Assembly (NCBI GenBank): GCA_965113315.1
Contig: OZ220364.1
Strand: one strand, 5' to 3'
Source: Podarcis vaucheri
Lineage: Eukaryota
Length of the DNA stretch: 64,000 nt
The notes under the pieces are model-generated. The model ran no database searches. It was not told the origin of the DNA and worked only from the letters and a program-made list of their open reading frames with translations. The translations under genes were made by a program, and so were the position numbers. Shown in pieces: positions 1 through 10,256 of this stretch. Positions within the stretch are counted from its first letter, which is position 1; each line of letters opens with the position of its first letter.

Positions 1-213
1 CCTTGGAGCTGCCATAATGTTTGTTAATAATAATAAAGGGCCGCTTGTGTTGAATTGCTTTCTGTGTGTCAGACCCCTACTGGCAGCGCAGCACTTCCTG
101 TGGGATCAGAGCAAAACCAAGCATGGGCTCAGATTGCCCCAGGGCAATGTATGTGGCTTTTATGAAGAACGTGATTTGCATAACCCGTGGGCTAATTTGC
201 ATTGTAAATCCAG

Positions 214-355
214 GTTGCTCTCAGAGCTAGTGGACAATGCATGCAAGCAACAGGGCTACGCTGGAATGCAGAAGGCAGCCTCAGAACAAGGCCTGCAAGC
301 TTTGCTGTCCGGACGCGATGGAACTTCCAGCGGCAAACACAAGCCCTGGAGATGA
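214..355 (+). CDS. Possible terminal coding exon of an unidentified upstream gene
   Basis: Branch-like gctaat followed by ccag acceptor at 213. Open frame LLSELVDNACKQQGYAGMQKAASEQGLQALL...PWR*. Product not recognised. Confidence 0.2.
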
Positions 356-1169
356 ATATGAGCACATTATACGCTTCTCTGCCTCTGTTATTTCTCTGCC
401 TAATTACACAATCCCCTCTGCCTCCTATCCATGTCCATCAGGCAGCTGCTGCGGTTCAGGACTCGCATCAAGAAAGCGCTTAACTTCCAGAAGACCCAGA
501 AATGTTTTGCTCTTTTAAAAACAGCAGCAGCAGCAGCAAGGGCTTAGACCTGTTAGAAGCAGTTGATGGGGACAGCACAAGATGCAATGCAGTTTTGCCA
601 CTAACTCCATAGCCCATGTTTAGCAGCATATTTTTACTAGCAAAAGGATTATGAGGAACAGATAACTCTCCAGACAGAGGGTTAAAAAAAAAAAAAGTTT
701 TAGTGCTGGAGGTTGCAAGTCAATTTGGTCTCACCTGGAAGTGTTTTCCCTCTTAATCCCAGATGACTGCTCTTATTTACTCAATGGTGAAAGAAGCACA
801 TTACAACAGTGGGCACTCATAGGCATTATTACGATTTTTACACATGTTCCAGAGTTAAGCCCTGTCCGCAGATTCCAGGGCTAAGCCCTCTGGCCCCTTC
901 AGGGAGGCCAATATCACACATTTAGGCTGGAGGGTCTAGAAGAAGGGAGGGAGTTATTTTCCTTCTCTCCTCTCCCCCAACAGGCTTCCTCTCAGATAAA
1001 AGCACTTCATATGTTCCATAATTCCACCATGGAAGGCAATTCTCCTTAGAAAGGAGGTTAAAGCCCACACGTGGATTGCACAACATGTCAGGGCTGAACC
1101 TGCAGGCTCTTCAGTGCATGTGACTTGATGACATTCAGCTCTTATCTCTCATTTTCATTTGATCTGAGG

Positions 1170-2168
1170 GAGTCAGTCAAAAGCCAAATGGCTGCTTGGT
1201 AGCTAGGAAGGACTGGATGGGACTGAGCAAGCTGAAACTTAATCCAGACAAAGCTGAAATGCTGTTGGCGGAAGAACCATCTGCCATAGGTTTGCGTTTA
1301 CACTCTCGAAAGGGGTTCTGCTGCCTCTGAAAGATCAGGTTCATAGCTTGGGGGATACTCCTTGGCCTGGCGCTCTTGTTAGGCATGCCAGTAGTGCTAG
1401 TAGTAAGGGGTGCCTTTTCCAAGCTTTGGCCAGTTTGCTGTGACCTTTCCTGACAATGTCAGACCTTGCTAGAGTCATTCATGCCCTAGTGACCTGCAAT
1501 ACACTTTCCATAGGGCTGCCCTTTGGGAACTGCAACTAGTGAAAAATGCTGCAGGTGGGATGTTGACAGGTGTTAGGCATTGAGTCTATTGCACCAGTTT
1601 TCTGTGACCTGCATTGGCTGCTGAGATGTTTCTGCACTTATTTCAAGGTGCTGCTGTTAGTCTTCAAAGCCCTCTGTCACTTGGGACCTGTTTCACTGAA
1701 GGTCAGCCTTCTTCCTCCTGCTCCAAGCACTCCGCAGCTCAGAGTATCCCAAACTTGGGTCTCTGGCTGTTTTTGGACTACAACTTCCATCATCCATAGC
1801 TAGCAGGACCAGTGGTCAGGGATAATGGGAACTGTAGTCCAAAAACAGCTGGAGACCCAAGTTTGGGATACCCTGCCCCAGCTCTGCACCCCTCACAGCT
1901 ATGAGGCCTACTTGGTTAGGGCCTTTTCTGTCCTTTCCCCATCCTGTAGAAAGCCTTTGCCAAGTGAGCTCCACCTTTAGATGGCTGGTGAAGACGTGTT
2001 TGTTTAAAAAAGCCTTTGGTTGAATATTTCCTCCTTAGGGTACAGTATTTGGATCTTTCCGTTCAGATGGCTGTTTTGTAATTATTATTGGGTTTTGGGT
2101 TTTCTGCTCATGTTTTATTGTGAATTGCTTTATATTTTGTGACTGTTGTTTCTGATTGTTAGCCACCT
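1170..2168 (+). mobile_element. Degenerate L2-clade LINE 3' part
   Basis: WMGLSKLKLNPDKAEMLL motif typical of the L2 RT C-terminus, followed by LHWL and FKVLLLVFKAL motifs and a T-rich 3' end. Confidence 0.8.
1740..1875. mobile_element. hAT-type MITE nested in the L2
   Basis: Long TIRs cagagtatcccaaacttgggtctc / gagacccaagtttgggataccctg. 8-bp TSD ccgcagct/ccccagct (7 of 8 match). Confidence 0.85.
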
Positions 2169-2169
2169 T

Positions 2170-2484
2170 AGAATCATAGAATCATAGAGTTGGAAGAGAC
2201 CACAAGGGCCATCGAGTCCAACCCCCTGCCAAGCAGGAAACACCTTCAGAGCACTCCTGACATATGGTTGTCAAGCCTCTGCTTAAAGACCTCCAAAGAA
2301 GGAGACTCCACCACACTCCTTGGCAGCAAATTCCACTGTCGAACAGCTCTTACTGTCAGGAAGTTCTTCCTAATGTTTAGGTGGAATCTTCTTTCTTGTA
2401 GTTTGGATCCATTGCTCCGTGTCCGCTTCTCTGGAGCAGCAGAAAACAACCTTTCTCCCTCCTCTATGTGACATCCTTTTATAT
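2170..2484 (-). mobile_element. CR1 LINE 3' fragment (copy A)
   Basis: Minus-strand ORF2 end [25 protein letters not shown]...FLTVRAVRQWNLLPRSVVESPSLEVFKQRLD, plus (ATTCTATG)n tail. Confidence 0.95.
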
Positions 2485-2600
2485 GTCCACAGGTTCAATT
2501 TCCAGGTAAAGGGATCTCAGGTAGCAGGTGATGGAAAAGACCTTCCTCTAGCCAGCGGTCCCAGAGAGTCACTGCCAGTCAAAGCAGACTGTACTATAGG
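2485..2600 (+). mobile_element. 5'-truncated tRNA-derived SINE fragment
   Basis: gtccacaggttcaattt resembles the B-box segment gtcccaggttcaatccc of the fuller SINE at 49640, followed by gagagtcactgccagtc body. Confidence 0.55.
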
Positions 2601-2769
2601 AATTCCCTTGGAAAAGCACACAAGATGTCATTGTTTATGGTGATGAAGCTGTACATGTGACAGAAAGGCACAAATGACCTCACGTTCCTAGGGTGTGTAC
2701 AGCGAAACAACAACAGCCATAACCTACACATGCAGTTGAGACTCGGTATTAACGTTTTAGTATTAACGT

Positions 2770-3135
2770 TTTTGAATTATGGTGCTGGAGGAGACTCTTG
2801 AGAGTCCCATGGACTGCAAGAAGATCAAACCTATCCATTCTTAAGGAAATCAGCCCTGAGTGCTCACTGGAAGGACAGATCTTGAAGCTCCAATACTTTG
2901 GCCACCTCATGAGAAGAGAAGACTCCCTAGAAAAGACCCTGATGTTGGGAAAGATGGAGGGCACAAGGAGAAGCGGACGACAGAGGATGAGATGGTTGGA
3001 CAGTGTTCTCGAAGCTACCAGCATGAGTTTGATTAAACTGCTGGAGGCAGTGGAAGACAGAAGTGCCTGGCGTGCTCAAGTCCATGGGGTCACAAAGAGT
3101 CCGACACAACTAAACGACTAAACAACAACAACAAC
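2770..3135 (+). mobile_element. RTE/BovB LINE 3' fragment
   Basis: FELWCWRRLLRVPWTARRSN...LQYFGHLMRREDSLEKTLMLGK...RMRWLD, a (CAA)n tail, and TSD attaacgtttt. Confidence 0.95.
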
Positions 3136-3222
3136 ATTAACGTTTTATGCTAATTCACAGAGAGACACACCTAAAATTTGTAACCCATAATGTGATGGAG
3201 GCGCTTGCACTTTCCCTCTTTC

Positions 3223-3372
3223 ATAGAACCATGGAACTATAGAGTTGGAAGGGACCCTGAGATTCATCTAGTCCAACCCCCTGCAGAGCAGGAATATGCA
3301 GCTGTCCCATATGGGGATCAAACCTGCAACCTTGGTGGTTATCAGCACCACACTCTAACCAACTGAGCTATC
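3223..3372 (-). mobile_element. tRNA-Ile-derived SINE with CR1-type tail
   Basis: Reverse complement: tagctcagttggttagagtgtggtgctgataac...caaggttgcaggtttgatcccc joined to gggggttggactagatga...cccttccaactctat. Confidence 0.8.
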
Positions 3373-5227
3373 TCTGTCTGAATACAACCCTTCCCTGGTC
3401 TCAGGAGGGTGTAAAGGGGTGGAGGGCATCTTCCCCATATTATACCCCAGGTAAAACTATTGAGCCAGTTGCTCTTACCCTTTAAGAAAGGAAGAAAACC
3501 CAAGGAAGGCTGTGCGGCAAGCAAGCTCATCCACTAAGCCCAAAGGCCACAGTTACCTGGGGACTGGGGAGCCATAGCTAATCCCCCCATTCTGGGAGCC
3601 TATTGATATGGAAAGCTTTGCCTGAAAGGAGGATGCTCCACAGATGAAGATCTGCCCAGGAAGAATAGCTGGGGAGGGAGGGGGGAGTAGTTGCTTTGGA
3701 ATGTGAGTTTGTTTGGATGCAACTTCACTTTAAGGGAGAGATTTAATCAGCAGTTTCAATAGCCCCTGTTCAGCATGGAAAACTGAGTTGGGAGGCTGCC
3801 ACTGCTGTTGATTAATTAGCTATCTTGTGATAGCTTTTCCATGACAAAACAGGGCAGGGGAGGGGCAGCTTGCCCCTGGCTCATTATATTAACCAGCCTT
3901 ACTGTTCCCTCTGTCCCCACCAGTGCTTCCATCTGCAGTTTGCCACCAAGAGACAATGGCTAATGGGCAAAGGCAGCAGCAGAGAGCATATTGGCAAGTT
4001 GCTCCAAAGGGTTTTCCTACAGCCAACCTGGAAGCTTCGGAGCTGCTGTTGGATAGATTATATATATCCCAAAACTGGGTGAATCCATCCAAGTTGTGCT
4101 TGCCAAGCAATGCAGTGCGAGTGTTGTAGGAAAAATGGGGGTGGGCTTTTACAGCCCAACTCCCCATCAAGGGACTCTGAGTCCCCCAGGTCCATGATTG
4201 GTCAGAGAAGAATGGATGGAGGCAGGATCCAGTGAAAGCAAAGCAGATTTTTATTTTTCTGTTGCAATAGAGTTCCCCCCTTCCTTGCAAGGAGGTGAGA
4301 AAACAAGAACAAAGTGTGCAGGAACCTTTAAAGGTTTTAGACATTGCCCAACCCTTTTGCCAAGAACCCTTTTGCCTAAAAGCATCATACATGCATCACA
4401 GAAAGAAGTGGTCAACCACAAAAAATTAAGAGTTAGGCTTCTCTCCAGCCTGCCAAGATATGTGATAATGATTGCATTACCTGGGCAGTCTGGCCATTGT
4501 TTTGAGATGATAAATACTTTAATTCTTGAATCCAAGTCACAGGCCCACCCTATTCATACACAAAATATGCTCTTAAGACAGGATTTGAATGAAAGAACTA
4601 TTGGGAAAGGTTGGGTGAAAGAACTATTGGGAAAGGTTTCTCCAAGGTATTTCCTTCTGTGGAAGAAATATTTAGAGTCAGTAGGAGAGCCAATATGTCT
4701 TTTTTGGGGATTGTTCTGTGTGCTAAAATAAAGTGTAATTTCTCTCAGGGTGTATTCCCTAAATTTTGACAGGTGAAGGATTGGTTTTCTGTGGAGTGTG
4801 TATCTGCTATATGTCTGCAACCTAAATTTTTATAACACAAGGAAGACATGGGGTGAGAAATAGGGATGGTTCATTGCTTAGCTGTTTGGGAAGAGCAATG
4901 AGGCAAATTCCTTCATGTGGATAACCGTCCCCACATTGTGATAACAAGCACAGACAATGTGGCTCCTCTGGAGGCTTCCTGGTGTGATAGAGCATCAGAG
5001 AAAGCCTCTGCTAGTGTTTTTCTTTTTCTTTTGAAACGATTGTGTGTGGTGGGGGAGGGCAGAGTCTGATAATTCACTGTCATCCCATTGTTTCCCTTTC
5101 CAAACATGCATCTGAATCCCAGATTATTAGCACCTGGCCATAGACCCCAAGTGTAGGATGGTTCTTACAGCTCAGCATCTGAGACCATCTTTCTGGCCCA
5201 CCGCGGAAAGTGGTTAGTTTGGTGAGT

Positions 5228-5442
5228 ACCATAGAATCCCAGAGTTGGAAGGGACCATAAGGGTCATCTAATGTAGGTATCTCTCTGGTCCACTGCTGAA
5301 AGTGGTTAGGTTGGTGAGTCTAGAGAATCATAGAATTGTAGAGTTGGAAGGGAACATGAGGGTCCTGAAATGCAGGAATCTTTTGTCCAACTTGGGGCTT
5401 GAACCCATGCCCTGAGTCTCATGCTTTACTGACTGAGCTATT
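5228..5442 (-). mobile_element. tRNA-Lys-derived SINE with a partly duplicated CR1-type tail
   Basis: Reverse complement head tagctcagtcagtaaagcatgagactcagggcatgggttcaagcccca. Two diverged catagaat...gagttggaaggga tail copies, each preceded by aaagtggttag.ttggtgagt. Confidence 0.7.
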
Positions 5443-5995
5443 CCAGAAGTCCCACGGACAGGGACTTCTTTCTGGTAGCCCCAGTTTCTCTGCAACTCTC
5501 TTTCTAGGAAAATTTATATGCACACATCTCCATTGTCCTTTAGGACCACACATAATACTTTTTATATGTAAAAAAATCCAGTCTACGCATGGATGATTTA
5601 ATGGTGGTTGTGCTTAAAGAACTATTTTCCATTGCTGTTTTAACATTGTAATCCCCCCCCCCGTTATTTTGTATAACAGGAATAGTAATGTTTTTTAAAC
5701 TGATTTGTTTGAATCTGCCTTGGAAGGGTATATTCTCCAAAAGGTGGGGTGGGAAACCATTAAAAAGAAGGCTTTTGGTGGCAGCTAACCATGCAGGCAC
5801 TGTTCAGCCTCCACTGTCGAATGCGCTATGTTTCTGAATGCCAGGTGCTGGAAATCACAAGTGAGAAGAGGACAGTTGTGCTCAGGGGCTGCTTTGGGGT
5901 TTCCCATAGGCATCTGGTTGGCCACTGCAAAAAGAGGATGCTAAACTGGATGGGTCATTGACCTGATTCAGTAGGCTCTTATGTTCTTTTTAAAG

Positions 5996-6354
5996 TAGGG
6001 GTCAGCAACGTGCAGCCAATGGGCCAAATGCGGCCAATGAAGAACTGTTTTACCGGCCCACAAGCCGCCCTAAAACTGAGCTGCCCGCTCAGCAAGTCCC
6101 CCGTGCACTGCACTAAACCAGCGCGGCGCGGGGACTCGCCGAGTGGCACCGGAAATGGCATCTGCGCACACGCAGATACCAGAAATTGCGTCTGCGCATG
6201 TCCAGATGCCGAAAATCGCTTCTGTGCAGGTGCAATTTCCTGCGTCTGGGCATGTGCAGAAGTGATTTCCGGCATCACGCTGCACCAGTCCAGCCCAGGG
6301 ACGATCTCCATGGGAGTGATCCATCCCATGGCCGGTAAACCTTGCCGACCTCTG
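5996..6354. mobile_element. hAT (Charlie-like) non-autonomous element
   Basis: TIRs taggggtcagcaa / ttgccgacctctg. Perfect 8-bp TSD TTTTAAAG (5988-5995 and 6355-6362). Internal tctgcgcatg-like repeats. Confidence 0.9.
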
Positions 6355-6518
6355 TTTTAAAGCATCATCCTCTCAGTACATGCCCATCAGAATCAAAACA
6401 AATTTTGCCCAATCCAGATTTTTGAATGAGGGGATAATGTGTGCTGCCAGAAACAAAGAGATTGGTGATGTGGTTGTATGGAAATGTGATGTACTTATCA
6501 ATAAATGAATTTTAAATA

Positions 6519-6770
6519 ACAGTGTGATGCAGCAACAAAAAAAGCTAATGCTATTCTAGACTTTGTCAACCAATGTATAGTGTCCAGATCAAGGGAAGTA
6601 TTATTCAGCCGACTCCCTCGGGAGGTTGTGGACTCTCCTTCCTTGGAGGTTTCTAAGCAGAGGTTGGATGGCCATCTGTCATGGATGCTTTAGCTGAGAT
6701 TTCTGCATTGCAGGGGGTTGCACTAGATGGTTCTTAAGGTCCCAACTCTACAAATCTATTATTCAATTTG
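6519..6770 (+). mobile_element. Internally deleted CR1 fragment
   Basis: QCDAATKKANAIL segment joined to LPREVVDSPSLEV.KQRLDGHLS and a CR1 3' UTR. Confidence 0.8.
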
Positions 6771-7959
6771 TGATCCTTTAGATCAGGGGTGGGGTACCTG
6801 TGGCCCTCTGGATGATGTTGGACTCCAAATCCCATTAGCCCCAGCTAGCATGGCCAAATGGCAAGTGTTGCTGAGAGTCTTGATGTCGGTTAGAGGTATA
6901 TCTCACAACACCACTTTAAGAAAGAAGGCCCAAAGCTTGAAAGTAAAAACCACACTTTCTACTCCAGCTCAGCTAGACACAGTCGCTTATATTGTAGCTG
7001 TAATAATGGGGAAGCATTCTTCACATGCTCTGACACACAATGCTCTTGTGTGTTGAGCTCTGCACTAAAACAACTTCTATGCATCTTTTCTCCACCAGAA
7101 CTTACTCTCCCAGCCCTTCCTTGCCAAAGCCTAGAATTCCTGGTTGGGTTACAGAGGGTCTTGCAGAAAGAATCAGTTAGCTGTGTCCATGTGCAGCTGT
7201 CTGCGTACATATTAACCATTTGCTTCCCGGTAACTGCAGCTGCTTCCAAGTTCCCATAATGATTTTTGGCTTAACATGCGACAAGTCATCTCTGACACAT
7301 CCTCCCACTAAGCTAAGTGATGTAGTTAATTGGGTCCAAACTTTATGCAGCGTTCAGAGACATGCTGGCCTCCTGGCATCAAGCTGAGGAGCTTCTTTTC
7401 TGTGTTGCCTCTATCTCTCCATATGGATAACACTCATGTCTCTCACAAGCAGCAGATAACAGGTGTAACTCTGATCCTGGTTACCATCAGACCTAGAAAC
7501 TTTATGGAGTTGGTAGGTGGAATCTGGATATTACCAGCCCTCTTAAAGAAAAAGAATTGAATTTATCTCCCCTGCTTAATACAAATCATGCAGCCGTGAG
7601 TTCCACAGGTAGAACTCCATTCTGCCTACAAATGCAAGCTCTTGCTTTTTTGGCGGCCAGTTAAGAAACGCATTATTGAATGTACACCAGTGCACAATCC
7701 TTTTTTCTTTTTTTGCCTCTCCCCGCCCCAGCCCCGTCGGGTTCCATGGGGTTTTAATTATTTTCACACACATCCCCGCACAGCGTTTCTGTCTTCCGAG
7801 AGGACCCCCCCCCACCTCTCCACGACGCGCTCCTTGTGAGCAGGAGTTTAATGAGTGGTGTCTCCAGTTACCGCTGCCAGCAGAGAGGAAGCAAAGCCCC
7901 GGCAGAGAATGAACTCCGCTTAATCCCCTTTGCCGGAGCTTTGGGGGAGAGAATTTAGC

Positions 7960-8960
7960 TAATGTGAGTGTGAAAAGGCCCTGGCGCGGGCGGGGGAGGG
8001 CGCAGGGGGAGGGGAGGGGACAAGGGGCGGGGCGGGGCCCCTGCGACCCTCCCCCTCGGCCCTGGCTCTTTTCGCGGCCCATTGTTGGCTCCGAGCGGGC
8101 CGGCGGTGCGCGGCGCGGGGGTGTAACCCGAGAGCTTTCGCTACAAAGTCCCCGCGCCTGTTGCTGGAGCCGACAGAAGGCGCGAGGGCTGCAGGCGGAG
8201 AGAGCCGAGCGCGGCCGGGCTGATCGTTCCCACCAAGCCGGCGAAGAACCTTTGTGGAGCCAGCCGCGCTCGGCCGTCGGATTTATTCTTCGGCCACTTT
8301 CCGCGCGACTCGCCGGCACCGGGGAGCGAGCGAGGAAGGGAGGGAGTGGAGGAGCCTCGCTTGCCCAGCCGGCTTGCCCAGCGAGGGATGGAGCCCGGGC
8401 GGAGCGCGCCGCAGCACGGAGCCGCGGGACAGCGCTGAAGCGGCGGCGGCGGCAAGAGGTGAGGTGGGCTCCGTCTACGTTGACCGCTGCGGGGCTAGGA
8501 ATGGCCCCCGGGGAGAGAGATCCGGGTCTCTTGTCCGCCGCGACCCCGGAGGCTCCCCGGGGTGTGGCGGGGCGAAGGGCTGCTCTCCCCGCGCCCGGGG
8601 AGGCGGTGGACTTTGACCGGGAGGGTCTGTAAATCTGTTACCAAACTGTCCGGGCGCGCAGAGGTTCTTTTGTCGCTCGGATTAAAGATTAAGCTGCCCC
8701 CGGGAGCCTGTTCTCGGGCGCTGCTCTCTCCACTCGCACCACGTACGCTCCTTTCCCAGGGAACAGGCGCCCAGATATGCAGGCTGCGCGCAAGACACGA
8801 GTCCATAGGCGCGGCGCACTCACACCGTTCACACCGACACGCGCACCCTGGACGCGCCTGCCCATCCGCGCCAATCCACGGCCGCAAGCGCAGTTGGAAA
8901 TCTTGCGTTAATTGAACGGGGCTTGTGCTCCTAACCGTGCCCTCGAACCTCGTGGCTTTC
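7960..8960 (+). promoter_or_regulatory. CpG island / TATA-less FGFR4 promoter with GC boxes
   Basis: Abrupt CpG- and GC-rich ~1 kb segment. GGGCGG Sp1 boxes at ~7988 and 8025-8036. Lies 1-2 kb upstream of the ATG exon. Confidence 0.85.
8100..8458 (+). other. FGFR4: Putative non-coding exon 1 of FGFR4 (start approximate)
   Basis: Inside the CpG island and downstream of the GC boxes. Ends at donor AAGAG|gtgagg (GT 8459-8460). FGFRs characteristically have an untranslated first exon. Confidence 0.6.
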
Positions 8961-9988
8961 GGCGGCACTTTTAAATCGGCTTCTTAACTTTCCTTTGGAC
9001 TGTATGCTGTGTGCAGCTGGGGCTGGGCAGTGGAAGTGCCTTTACGCACGCACTCTCCGGCCGTGAGTTTAGTACCAATAAGCACCACGTGTTCAAACTT
9101 AAACTCGCTTTCGTCCTGCACGAGAATTACTTTCGCTGCCCCACTTTGTATTTCTTCTTCTCCTCCCCACCCCATGGTTTGTTCTGCTCCTTGGGTCATT
9201 ATCAAAGTGCATGAGAAGGTTGTACCATTGAGATTTGGGGGGAAGAAAGGAATAGGAGCAGGACAGCAAGTTGGGGTGGCAGGGTCATGCCAAAGGCCAA
9301 GAATCCTGATTTATTTATTTACATTTTTTATCCATGGGGGCTGTCTTTTCCAGGCAGGAACTATCTTAAGATAATCTGGTGGACTTTGGCCATGAAGAGC
9401 TGGCTAGGTGACACCCAGCCTCTGTGGTGCATCTCCCTGGGAGGCCACCTAATGCTCAAGATGAGGGTTGTAGAATTATAGTGCAATGCTGCAGGCAGTG
9501 TTCTATCCAGGAAATGAATTTGTTTCACATCAGCATCTCATGGGATGCTGCCTTTTACTAAGTCAGACCCATTGGTTCCTCTAGCTCAGTATTGACTGGC
9601 AGCATCTCTTCAGGGTTTCAGACAGAAATCTCTCCTAGCCCTACTTGGTGCCGCTGGGCTTTACCACTGAGGTACAATGGCTCACTCACGAGCAGGACTG
9701 GGCATCTTCTGGGATTGTTGCAATCAGATTCTTCTGTGCTGATTGGCAAATCAACTCCCTCCTTCCAAAGAAAATGTCCAGCAGCCTGGAATGGCTACAG
9801 ATGCTGCTGTCTTAATAACTGTACCTCTCCCCCAATGTATTATTGGGAGTTCTAGATGGTTGTGGACATAGGATACACCATCGTTCTGAATTGCAATGGA
9901 AAACTCGATGGCGTGACAACCCCTTTCCCTTCTCAATCTAGGCTTGGAGGATCCAAGTGGGAGCCGTGGGACAAGAAGAGACAACAGG

Positions 9989-10082
9989 ATGACAGCCCTG
10001 CTGTGTGGCCTTCTCAGGTTCCTGGCAGTGGCAACAACATGTGCTTGGGCAGCTGCTTCTGCTGAAGGAATGATGGAACCAG
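9989..10082 (+). CDS. FGFR4: FGFR4 exon 2 coding part (signal peptide MTALLCGLLRFLAVATTCAWAAASAEGMMEP); exon starts at 9942
   Basis: Pyrimidine tract and ctag acceptor ending at 9941. ATG 9989 has A at -3. Hydrophobic signal peptide. Donor CCAG|gtgagc, phase 1. Confidence 0.88.
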
Positions 10083-10224
10083 GTGAGCAGAAAGATATGG
10101 GTGTGTTTGGGTGCAAGAGTCAGGGTGGCCATCTATTCAGGGGCTATGACTGTTTGGTGTTTATAGGACACTTTTCATTTTCTGAGGCTTGTATGGTCTT
10201 CTCCTGTGTTTGCCGTGACATGGG

Positions 10225-10256
<32 letters not shown>

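Noticed and set aside
4591-4639. 22-bp direct repeat gaaagaactattgggaaaggtt
   Set aside because: Only two copies with a 4-nt spacer; an ordinary local duplication, not an array.
7576-8968. Long overlapping ORFs (up to 247 aa) on both strands
   Set aside because: Arg/Gly/Ala/Pro-rich stop-poor frames expected in a CpG island; no recognisable domain.
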